Assembly (NCBI GenBank): GCA_051294905.1
Contig: CM119372.1
Span: 4,714,001-4,778,000 of the forward strand
DNA length: 64,000 nucleotides
Reading direction: 5' to 3'
From: Botryllus schlosseri
Lineage: Eukaryota
The notes below the pieces were generated by a model that worked only from the letters and a program-made list of their open reading frames with translations, made no database searches and was not told the DNA's origin. Of the stretch, positions 53,976 through 64,000 are shown piece by piece. The position numbers and the translations under genes are program-made. The first letter of the stretch is position 1, and each line of letters begins with the position of its first letter.

Positions 53976-54845
53976 TAGGCGTCGTAAAACCACGATGAAA
54001 TAGTTTTCCGAATATATAAAATGTTCGAAGCAGAACAAACGCCGTTGCTTTTTTGTTCTAACTGTTTATTGAATAATTCATAAAATACTGTATAACTGTC
54101 GACCTATACTAAACAAGAACATGACGTGAATCGCAATAATCGTAAGCATGTGTTTTCTGATGTGCTCACGACATAGTGTGCAATGCGATGCAGGTGATCG
54201 GCAGGAAGATGTTGCATTTACCTATTATGGCATTTTAATCAAAAACGACTTGAGCCAATTGGCCGATATAGCCTAACAGTGTTGGATAGGCTGTCTTCCT
54301 TAAATATTATTATTTTTACTTGTTTTCTCCTCGATATCACGTATAATCATTTGTAGAATCTGTTTCCGGGCCTCTCGCCGCCTCGAGAAATAGTCACACA
54401 TGGGGGAAGGAACACAAATTAACCTCTGAGTCTTCGGCTACAGGCGAGAATCGAAATAGGTCCGCCTGCGTAGATTACGTAACGACTGAGAATTTAGATG
54501 CCATAAGTACTACCTGGCGGTTGTAAAATGAAGCACTCCTTCAAGTTTCGATTATATATTGTATTGATCATACCGTTTGCGCCATTTATTGATAAAACTC
54601 GTGTGTTTCAGTTCGTTTGCACCCCAAATTTGTCGCGAAATTGTTTTTCCGGTTCTAATATTTGATTATAGCACAGGTGAATCATTTCGACAACAATGAC
54701 TCAGCGATATCTGAAATATGACGTAAGCATTTTCTGGCAGAATCACAGTGGTCCTGGTTTGCATAAGGTTATCCCTGTTGCTGTGGATTTGAGTATTTCA
54801 ATGTGATCATGAAAGCTGTTAAGAAGATGAGGAATGGAGGTAGAC

Positions 54846-55199
54846 ATGAGGAATGGAGGTAGACGTTATGTCGCGTATGACTGCTACAATACGCAATATG
54901 CGGTACTCAAAGTGTCCTTACATCGCTTTCACAAGCCATATGCCGTCAGCCGACCGGACGCCTATAGCTGATTAGCTGAACAGTGCGGAACACCGTGAAG
55001 ACCAAAATTGCGCACAGAATCATATTCATGCGCGGATCACTTCCAACCATCTTGCTTCAATGAAGTATCCGAGATACACAAGCTAGTTGACTACCGAACA
55101 CAGGCAACTATCGCATGCACTCCCACTCCCGTCCACACTTTATTTTCACGGAGGAATACCGGTACTCCTCTAAAGCTACGTACTGTCCGAAATCGGTAA
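54846..55199 (+). pseudogene. THAP zinc-finger remnant (N-terminus of Kolobok transposase)
   Basis: MRNGGRRYVAYDC...VSLHRF...S*LAEQCGTP*RPK...SCADHFQPSCF...PVHTLF, with two TGA where THAP has Trp and a GTAAGT donor at 55196. Confidence 0.75.
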
Positions 55200-56286
55200 G
55201 TGAAAATGTATTGAGTCAGCTAGTACTATAAAACTGTAACTAACCGTTTCTATTAGTATTGACTGTGGTAGTGACGAAAGTAGTTATTGTTTGCACTCAA
55301 GTATACATGTAGAATTAAGTACGGTACCGTATGTGCCTTAAAAAACTTTTGAAGTGGAAGTATTCTAAAATTAAGCCACTTCACTCATTGAATGAAGTAG
55401 TGGCATTAGTTACTGAAAAGGGAGTATGTAACCAGCTGACTGCATGACCTGATGGTTACATCGCTGACCTCATTTTATGCCAATATGGAATAGTTGTCTC
55501 GTGCACACCAAAGATTCCACTGACTGCACACAGGTGTGACGCCGAAAACCGCCTTGGCACACCAAAGATATTGCGCTAAACGTACCGGGATTCCAACCTG
55601 GCAGTTTTATGGACTCCGTGGATAATTGAAAAGGACGCGACTCGAGCCAAAACTATAGAAGTGAGATGACTTGTGACTCGGAAATTTGCCACTTGGCTAC
55701 AACCCTGATAAAATCATAGACTGATGAAGCTGTAGCCTATGAGTCAGGAAGCCTACTTATCATGTAAGCAGCAAAAGCAACACGATAATACCGATGATCC
55801 ATTACTATATCGTAATCTATGTCCCTCTCAAGATGTTGGCAGCTCAGCGGAGATGAGAAAGTACCAGTATCACCATAACTGTCGTAAAGTACTCTGTTAA
55901 CTGTTCAGAACAACCCTTATAAGATTTCACCATATTCACAAGCCATACGCATCATTGTAGGATGCAGTTTGCAATCCTTTATTTGATGATACTTGAGAAG
56001 GAATACTGCCTTCAATCTGACTGTGTTATAACACCTTGTGATATTTTTTTGCCTTCTCTAGATTACTGCAATGAAGAAGTCAATGCACTCGTCAAAACAC
56101 GACCAGGAACGGCAGAGTTCATCAATTTTATTTGAGTAGCGGCATCGTCAAAATTAGCTCAGATGATGATATTGCTGGACACAAAACCCGATATGTTTCT
56201 CTTCCTGATACAGTAGCAGTGTTGATGGATTAGTTTGTTGCATGTACTATTTTCAATAAAACTATTTTCATGCGCAATGAAGCATT

Positions 56287-56691
56287 TCAAAATTGAAATC
56301 CTTTGAAACTACTGGATGTGACTTTTGATCGGATGGCAGTAACGACATGCGCAGGCAGGATTTTCCGTGTTGTTTTCTGCAGAATCCCCATAGCAATCGG
56401 ACGAAATTCCTGTGCAGTGTTTCTCAGCTTCCTGAAAAGTGTAGTGTTAGGAAATTACTTGGCAACGGACTCGCCGTTTCATCTTAATGAGGCTCATTCA
56501 CTCATGCATCAAACTAGATGTTATAATTCTGTGGCCATAATCCTGTTCTTATCTATAGTAAGACATCTTCAATGCATCACCATCCCAACAAGCTGATTGA
56601 AATCATGGTAATGCTGTGATTCACTCTTATTCTGTCAGCACAAACTCTCCCTGATAGTTGGCATTTAAGCTGGCAACCTCCATATTAACAC
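56287..56691 (-). pseudogene. KolX-like (P2X7 C-terminal ballast-like Cys domain) remnant
   Basis: Minus strand with stops and frameshifts: C*YGGCQL/MPTIRESLC*Q, ITALP*FQSACW, then KLRNTA/RNFVRLLWG/ILQKTTRKILPAHVVTAIRSKVTSSSFKGFQF*. Confidence 0.7.
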
Positions 56692-57429
56692 CTGTGATTG
56701 ATTGTAGCAAGATTCCTAATTGAAACGAAGTAATCCACCAAATTATACATAGGCCGCTACCATACTGCATTTCATTTAGCTTTTACGCTGATCACACTAC
56801 AGATTACCAACCGACCCATCATACGAAGCTGATAGGGGTTCCACTGATGTGGGATCGAGCGAATCACCACCTGAAGCGCGTCCGCATTTCATACTTACAT
56901 TCAAGTACTCAGATTCAGTTTTAACACCATACAAGCGAGTCCTTCGCCATAACTAACTCAAATATTCGCCCAGCGTCTTGGCGAACACACAATCACACAT
57001 ATCCCCTGTGGTGAGAATAGAGATGTCATGTACTTGACGTCACAATGCACATTCTGTTTTCTCTGTAAACATGCCAATATTGGGACTTTCAGTCAAAATT
57101 ACGGCAATTTCCGATTGAGTAGAAACACGGAAAGTCGGTAATTTAGGTATAAAATAAAGTTCTGAACATGATTCCGCAAAGTTGTCTGTAGAGATGCAGT
57201 TGACCTTTAAATCTGGATGTACTTCAGAGGCCAATGGTTTGGTGACTCCTTGTATTCAGCAAAGCCACTCAACTATGACTGTGGTTTTGAGTATTGAGTA
57301 AACAAGGTATGTTTGCGAATGGACAAGAAAGAACCATAAGTAATAGATCAAGCGGGCGGTGGCCTAATTCGAGGTACATTTAGCAATTACTTGAAACTTA
57401 GTCGTCGAGGTCGTCATTCTTTCCATATC

Positions 57430-60400
57430 ATGGAGTCCAATCGACATGATGAGCTACACAATCAAAACGTGATTACCACGGGTATGCCAAAAACAACAGC
57501 TGCTTCTGAGCCGAAGAAAACTAGTAATGACCAAGTTGATGGCCGTCCAAAGCCAAAGCCTAGAAGTCATAGCAAATGTAAGCTTATCCTCCGTTTCGAA
57601 AGATATCTTGTCGTAACCAAGTTACATATTTCTCAGCACAGCGGAAAAGGAAAGATGAAGGGTGCTTTGGAAGCTTCATGGGTATGCTGGCCGATATGAT
57701 GCTGACAACAGACGAGGACAAAATTGAATATTTAAAAAGTTACAATTGTATGCCTCCGCCTATATTTATCTTGGTGGTCTCTATCACAGAGGTTGGTGGT
57801 AATTCTCACCACTGATGTGACAAAATCATAATGAATGAATCCTCTTCTGTAAGTTGGTGGTTTTCATCTACTTCAGTGCCATTGTGGAAACAAAACAATG
57901 GATCACAATGAACGAAGCTTTACTGGACAACGTTCTGGTGTATGACCCATATTTGAGAGAGCAAGTGTGGAGATTTATATCTTACATGCTCCTACATGCA
58001 GGGTAAGTTTGCATGTTTGTTTTATTAAAATAATGATAACAAATAGAGTTTGTGTCACAGAATAGAACATATCATGGGAAATGTATTGCTGCAGTTACTT
58101 GTCGGTGTTCCGCTTGAAATGGTGCATAAAGGATACCGAGTTTGTATTGTGTATATGTCCGGGGTTCTTGCAGGTGGGTTCTTATTTTGTGCCAAAGTCT
58201 TATTTTCAGGATATTGCAGGCAGAGTAGGACGAATAGCAAATTTTCAGCTTTTCCAAAGTAGAATTGTTCTAATTCTAATTATTGTAGTTAGTTTTTACC
58301 AAATTACATTGGAATTGATGAATTGTAAAAGACTTGGAAATTGAATTAGATTCCAAATTAGAAAGAAATGCAACTAAGAGCCGAATGGAATTAACAGTTT
58401 CGTAGAATGGCCTGCTACATGCAAAGAAATACGCAATGATATTAAATTCTACATTGATGTGCGTAGGCTACATTTGTATTACTGAAATTTTTGAATGAGC
58501 TACAACGTGAATTACGAAGGCTACTCGCACAGGACGTATTCTCGTCACTTCGGTTGATATGACGCAAAATACTCCGTGAGTCGACTTCGTTGTGATTCTC
58601 TATGGTGTCACAATCAGTACGAGACGTGAATTGGCCATTGTCTACCGGCGCTCCCATTGTTAGCAACAATGCCGATTTCGAACTTTGAAGGCGATTTTCG
58701 GGGGGTTCCAGTGCTCAGACCAGATTTTGAGTTATATTTTCGAAATCACTCTGAAAGTAGCGTTCGATTGATGCCGGTTGAATTCAAATTTGCGCTTTTG
58801 TCGCCAGCGCTAAGATTACCAACTAAAGTTCAGTTCATATCAAATCAGCCAGTTAGTAGCCATGATTTTGAGAATGTCTGCACACCGAGCTTCGCTGGTA
58901 TCGTACTATACAGGTTCTCCTGTTGCATTTTCAGAAAAATTAGATTTCAATGAAAATTATATCATAGGAAAACTTTAAAAATATAATCAGACTTAGATTG
59001 CCGGCATTTCGCTATTATTAGATGACTACAATTGTCTAGTTGTCCAAGTTACCTCTAAAACTCCATCCTTGATTTCCAACATCCTGTGCTGGGCTTGAGA
59101 GCGAATTTTGGAAAATTCTGATTGAAATTGTGTGTTCCACTCCACGCCGGGAGTAATTCAATGGATTAGGCTACAATGTTGTACGTTTTACAGTTGTAAT
59201 GACTTATCATTCTGTATTAGCTGTAATTCAAATTTATTTCAGGATCGTTGGCAAGCTCCATTTTTGATCCGTTCATGTACCTTGTCGGCGCCTCTGGCGG
59301 GGTTTATGCATTGCTGGGTGGATATCTCTCTAACATTTTGATGGTGAGGGGCACTTAAAAGTTAGCGTATTAGATTGTACATAAACATGACAAATTCTAA
59401 AGAAATGTGCTTTTGTTTCAATGGTCTGACTCTCACACAATCAGTGTGTGCACACTGTCTGAAACGTCCGATCCGTTTTGTGTACTTGGTAGTGTTGGGA
59501 TTACTCAAATTGACTCTTTCTTGACTTGACATAGTGTTTCAGAAATGTGGATTGACTCGTAACCTAATAGCGACATTTTCCAGTAATTCGACTTGACTTA
59601 GACTTATCTTGACTCGAATCAAATGTGCAGTGACTTGTTCCCAACACTAGTACTTTTTGTGTGCTATTTAAAATGTGCCTTGTATTGCAGAACTGGTCAC
59701 GAATGGCAATGAACGGGCTCCATCTATTTCTCCTCCTTTTTTTAGGTATGGTACGCATTAGCTTTTCGTGCTTGCTTTTATGTTAATGTGTGTATAATAT
59801 TCACTGCAGTCCTTGGCGATTTTGCCTTCTCTCTGTATCGACGATTCGTTATTTACCCGGACGGCGGTGGCCAGCAAGTATCATTTGTTGCCCATATAGC
59901 GGGCGGACTCGCAGGTAACTGAGGCTTGAATGCTTCTAGCTTTTGTGGAATATATCAGAAGTGGTGCCGTGCCGATCAGTTCTGTTATTTCGAGGCGGAG
60001 ATGTTTTCAATAATAAAATGAGGCCTCGGCGCCTTTGTTATGTCAGAAATTCGATACTATTGACGGGTGAAAAATCAGAACTCTGGGGTTTTCTCCATTG
60101 ATTTTGGCGAAAATAAGAAAAATAGTAGATGAGAGGTAATAAATAGACTGAAAATAAGGTCACGTCTTGAAATGTGAAAGAAAACTAGCTTAAATTCAAT
60201 TCAAAAGTATGTACACGATGTCCATAAGGTGAATTAGTCTTGAAGTCTAGATTACAATGTTAACATATTCAGTGTTCTGGATTTTACTACTATGAAATGT
60301 CGTCATCATTGTCGTTAAGAAATATGAGCTCTTGTAAAAGGCACCATAATAACCGCCTGTAATGGGTCATGCCATTTCCATAATCCAATTAGTCATTAGT

Positions 60401-61033
60401 TTGCGAGCCTACATTTATGTTATGAAGAGCTTCTTGGAGGTACAGAACTTCAATAGGCCTATACAATTGAATAGTATATTCATACTGAAATGAACCCGAA
60501 TATTTTCGGCTGACACTCGTCAGGGGTAATCCGTCAGCAACTGAGAAATGGAAAGAACATTGTATATCAACAATCGTCTCTACTAGTTGCTGACGATTAC
60601 CCCTGACGAGTGTCAGCCGAAAATATTCGGGTTCATTTCAATATGAATATACTATTCAATTTATGTTATGGTACACTGTAAACATCTTCATATACGGAGA
60701 AATGCCAGTTGCTTTGCAGAGATAGAGAGAGAAAATTTATTATATCATCACAAATAAATGATTGTCGGTCAATGCAATGTTGGGTAGCCGGACAAATATC
60801 AGTCACAAAGTCGTGTTATTTCTCGATTCTGACTACGGGCAGACATCGACCTAAACCACGGTCATCTCAATTGTCTTCATTTTCCAGGAATATCGATCGG
60901 TTACGTGGTCTTTAGTAATTTCAATAAGAAGCTCGTTGAAGATCCCAAGTTTTGGGTTTGCCTGCTGTCGTACGGCGTGTGCTGCTGTATCGCGGTGTTT
61001 TGGAATATCTTCCTGACTCCCGTCAACGATTGA
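57430..61033 (+). CDS. RHBDL2: Rhomboid intramembrane serine protease RHBDL2-like (323 aa, 8 exons)
   Basis: Exons 57430-57577, 57637-57791, 57854-58002, 58061-58173, 59243-59343, 59691-59745, 59810-59914, 60888-61033 (972 nt). Motifs NCMPPPIFI, KQWIT, VWRFISYMLLHAG, PLEMVHKG, catalytic LVGASGG and VSFVAHIAGG, and C-terminal EDPKFW...FWNIFLTPVND. Confidence 0.92.
59490..59649. mobile_element. Short hAT-type MITE
   Basis: TIR TAGTGTTGGGA / TCCCAACACTA with flanks GTACTTGG / GTACTTTT (6/8). Confidence 0.65.
60465..60661. repeat. Hairpin copy of a dispersed ~100-bp repeat family
   Basis: ~78-bp inverted arms containing GCTGACGATTACCCCTGACGAGTGTCAGCCGAAAATATTCGGG. Single arms at ~2520, 19770, 24160, 31020, 36200 and 43375. 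Confidence 0.8.
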
Positions 61034-62016
61034 TTATATTGTTACTTTTTCTACTCGTTCAGTACCCTTATTCTTCAATCGTTACTACATTCATATAAGC
61101 CGAGTTGTGCTCTTTTGATAACTTTTTCATCGAATTTTTTCTCGATTTATATCAAGTTCCTACATATTGGTGCATAATATACATTTGTTGAATACCAGAC
61201 GTTGTACCTTGTATGACAGACGAGAGGGGCGTGGGCGAAAATGATGATAGTTTTGCGGATCCACCAAATGCAAAATGAATTTTTTTTAGCAAAAGCTCTC
61301 ATATGATCCCTTTCCGTAGATTGCATTTGTATGGTTTTCAGTTGTTCACACACAAATGTCGTTTTGGCCGATAATATTACAGAGGAACTTATTCAAAGCA
61401 AGTATTCATTCAAAGCAGCGGTAAGTTCACAACTTCTTGCCATCGAAGAGGTGCTTGCTTGGTCTTGCGTCGAAATTGTAACCATACCTACTAAATATTA
61501 ATGACGAATTTATCAGATCAACGTACCACAAGAATGCGATACGACTTGGAGTAGTCTTTGAAATCAGACACCCGCCTGGGCCAAAGCGACGTTGAGAAGT
61601 GGCATGTACACTTAATGAAAAGTAATATAAGATAGCGTAAAAGGACAAGTGGCCATATGATAGGGTTACCGTATTTTGGAAATTTGAATAGAGGACACTT
61701 AATCAAAATTTTTCAACTTGAAATACCGGAGGAAAATCCTGAAAATATGGTAAATTTTTTGCACTTCGTGGTCGGTTGACTAAAAGCGCAGACTAGTATT
61801 TATTCAGTAGAGTCTGCTGCATTTTGACTTGAATGTGGGCACTGGACACGCTCGTCGACATCCGGATGACCGTGGAAATATTGTTCCACAGTAGTGGCCC
61901 GGTATACTTGTTAGAACGATGTGCATATATGATAGTTGCAAGACGAGGACGTTAGCCTGCCTATAGCTTGCAATGGTAAACAGCGAATCCGTGGACTACG
62001 GATAGCGACTTACAAT

Positions 62017-62532
62017 TAGGGCTGGGCACAATGATTCGAGTACTCGAATCTGAATCGAGCATTAATTTTAATGATTCGAGTCGAGTAATAAAATACCATT
62101 TTTTCGAGTACTGAAATTTTACGCTTCTCGCCACGGAAAGTTAATTTATCAACGAGAATTACAATTTCGATACTAATTTTCACTGCTGAAGCCTTGAAAC
62201 CTTGATTGGCTGTATTGTAGCATACGAAACATATGGTACGGAGCTACGAAGGCTACTGGACGTAGCACATTTCCGAAGTCATGATTCTTCCACAACATTG
62301 CCACCAAGTGGAATGAAATCGGTATGGTCGAAAAATACCAAAGTATCATTTATGAGATGGATAAAATGCATTATATTCTTTGTGGGGGCATAAACGGTAC
62401 ATATTTGAACTTTGACGTATTGCATTCTTTTATGACGTCATAACGAGTGATACTCGATGACTCGACTCGACTCGAAGCATATTACGTGATTCAGAATCGA
62501 ATCACTCAGGTACTCGATTTTGCCCAGCCCTA
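62017..62532. mobile_element. hAT-type MITE
   Basis: TIR TAGGGCTGGGCA / TGCCCAGCCCTA with a perfect 8-bp duplication CTTACAAT (62009-62016 and 62533-62540). Its interior matches ~27040-27260 and ~44150-44345. Confidence 0.88.
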
Positions 62533-63385
62533 CTTACAATACACGTAAATGGAAGTAACTGATACGAACGTCCCGCGTAATTTTTGAATACAATTTTGAT
62601 GCATAGCTTAGTAAATACAGTTCTAATGCCGAATTTACTAGTAGCCATTTCATTTATCATCTGAAGTCCGAAAAGATAGCGTACTATCAGTGGAGCGTTC
62701 AGCTTCTCGATCGCTAACGCCGGAAGGGAAAATGACAACAGACTTGACAACCAAACAGTTACTCCCAATCTCCATCGTTAAAGCACCTCGATTATGCAGA
62801 CGAAAATAAACTGCCTTCCTTTCTCCTGCAGCGGATGACACAGAATTTAATAATAAAAAATTGACACTCTGTTCACCGTTCATATCCACTCGTTCACCGC
62901 AATTCGAGGCTATCTTACACCCGTGTTACCAAGTAACTAACCAAAACGTCTGCTCGGCTAGTAGCGACATCCTCGTCTCAACTGTCCTTACGACCTTCAC
63001 AGAAGACATTATTATAATAGGTTCTACAAGCATAAACAGTAAACACTCTTGACTGCAGACCAGAAAAGGAAAGTGCGACTAATTGAAGCAAATGGATTTA
63101 TTCCACAAGAATAAATAGTTTGCATAAAACAATCGAAGGGAATAAACAGACAAAGTAGTTATTGCACATTTCACTTATCAGCTACGCGAAACCACGGATA
63201 TATATCTTTGTCGTGAGCGTAGACAATATACCAACGAAATGAAGGCACTGAACTTGTGAATCGATAGATGTAATCACTGATCTGAAAGAATGATCTTATA
63301 GTTGTATGATTTATTCGCGCAGAAGCAGCGTTTTGCGTTCATGTGCACTGAGCAAGAGAGTACAAGACACTTCAGGTCGATAGTT

Positions 63386-63488
63386 TCATTTCGCGATCTC
63401 GGGCGGTACGAACAGGAAGTCTGTAGGTAAGTACGTCTTGAGTTCGGCCATGTTCTTCACGTATTTCATCTTCCTCTGCACCTTTCGG
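63386..63488 (-). CDS. Last coding exon of a BCH/CRAL-TRIO domain gene (BNIP2/ATCAY/PRUNE2-like); rest of gene not identified in this window
   Basis: AAG acceptor, then RKVQRKMKYVKNMAELKTYLPTDFLFVPPEIAK*, resembling the BCH C-terminal K-x3-KIxYVxxLxELxxxxPxxxxxIP pattern; minus-strand AATAAA at 63310-63315. Confidence 0.65.
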
Positions 63489-64000
63489 CTTGAATGAGAC
63501 GCACGTGCATTAGTAAAATATACAGTTATACACTGTGCGGAAGAATCCACAATACAGAAAGTAATGGGGGCAGTGGAAGTGTCATTTTATAGAACTGTTA
63601 GGTGGAAGTAGTAAATGAAGGGTTGGAAGTAGTTTCAGAAAGTATATTTAGCCGAGGTGTTAAATACTTTACTCAGTTACTTAGTGGCAATGTCAAACTA
63701 CCTTAGGTGTAAGTGGAAAATGAAATTTTGAAAAGTAAGAAATTTCAAAAAGCAGAGGTGACTAACTTCCAAAATCGCAAATTAACGCAAAATGGGTAAT
63801 AACGCCACTACAAATAGGATCGATTCTCGAAAAAAAATCAGTTTCCGGGATACGGGGGTTATTTCGCCACTCATAATGGTGATGAAAACGTAACCCAAAA
63901 CTACTTTCTACTTTAAAAATTGAAATTGTGAAAAGTTGAGAAGTGAAATTTGTCTAAATCAGTGGGAGTAATCAAAATTTACTTGGGTATTCTGAAAAAG

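Larger units (their letters stand above)
48387..54752. mobile_element. Foldback-like long-TIR element with internal satellite arrays
   Basis: Termini ACCACTGTGATTCTGCCAGAAAATGCTTACGTCATA are perfectly inverted for 36 bp, followed by ~700-bp diverged inverted arms. Exact 8-bp duplication CCTGGTTT at 48379-48386 and 54753-54760. Confidence 0.9.
48181..57206 (+). mobile_element. Decayed Kolobok DNA transposon carrying a nested 6.4 kb insertion
   Basis: Perfect 16-bp TIR AGGTCAACTGCATCTC (48181-48196) / GAGATGCAGTTGACCT (57191-57206), TTAA on both sides (48177-48180, 57207-57210), and convergent THAP (+) and KolX-like (-) remnants. Confidence 0.85.

Noticed and set aside
48389..54750. Transib/RAG-like element suggested by CACTGTG/CACAGTG near the termini
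   Set aside because: No 5-bp duplication flanks the CAC/GTG ends and there is no nonamer at 12 or 23 bp. The inverted repeat extends two bases further and is bounded by an exact 8-bp duplication.

Overview
AT-rich, intron-containing animal genomic DNA; a non-vertebrate chordate such as a tunicate is my inference from protein similarity and 56-70 bp introns. Host genes reconstructed by hand from splice sites and reading phase: the 3' end of SETD2 (+, WW and SRI domains, stop 6598); an AE2/AE3-type SLC4 anion exchanger (+, at least 30 exons, 15366-45676, 5' end unresolved); an intronless TDA3-like FAD-dependent oxidoreductase (-, 46775-47866); a rhomboid protease RHBDL2 (+, 57430-61033); and the last coding exon of a BCH-domain gene (-, 63386-63488). 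The most striking structure is a nested 9 kb transposon between the head-to-head oxidoreductase and RHBDL2 genes. The outer element is a decayed Kolobok (48181-57206) with 16-bp TIRs, a TTAA duplication, and THAP and KolX remnants. Inserted in it is a 6.4 kb Foldback-like element (48387-54752) with an 8-bp duplication, ~700-bp inverted arms, inverted arrays of a 194-bp satellite, and a Ulp1-like protease relic in the centre. Introns are packed with hAT-type and palindromic MITEs. All identities and domain calls are by eye, with no database search.
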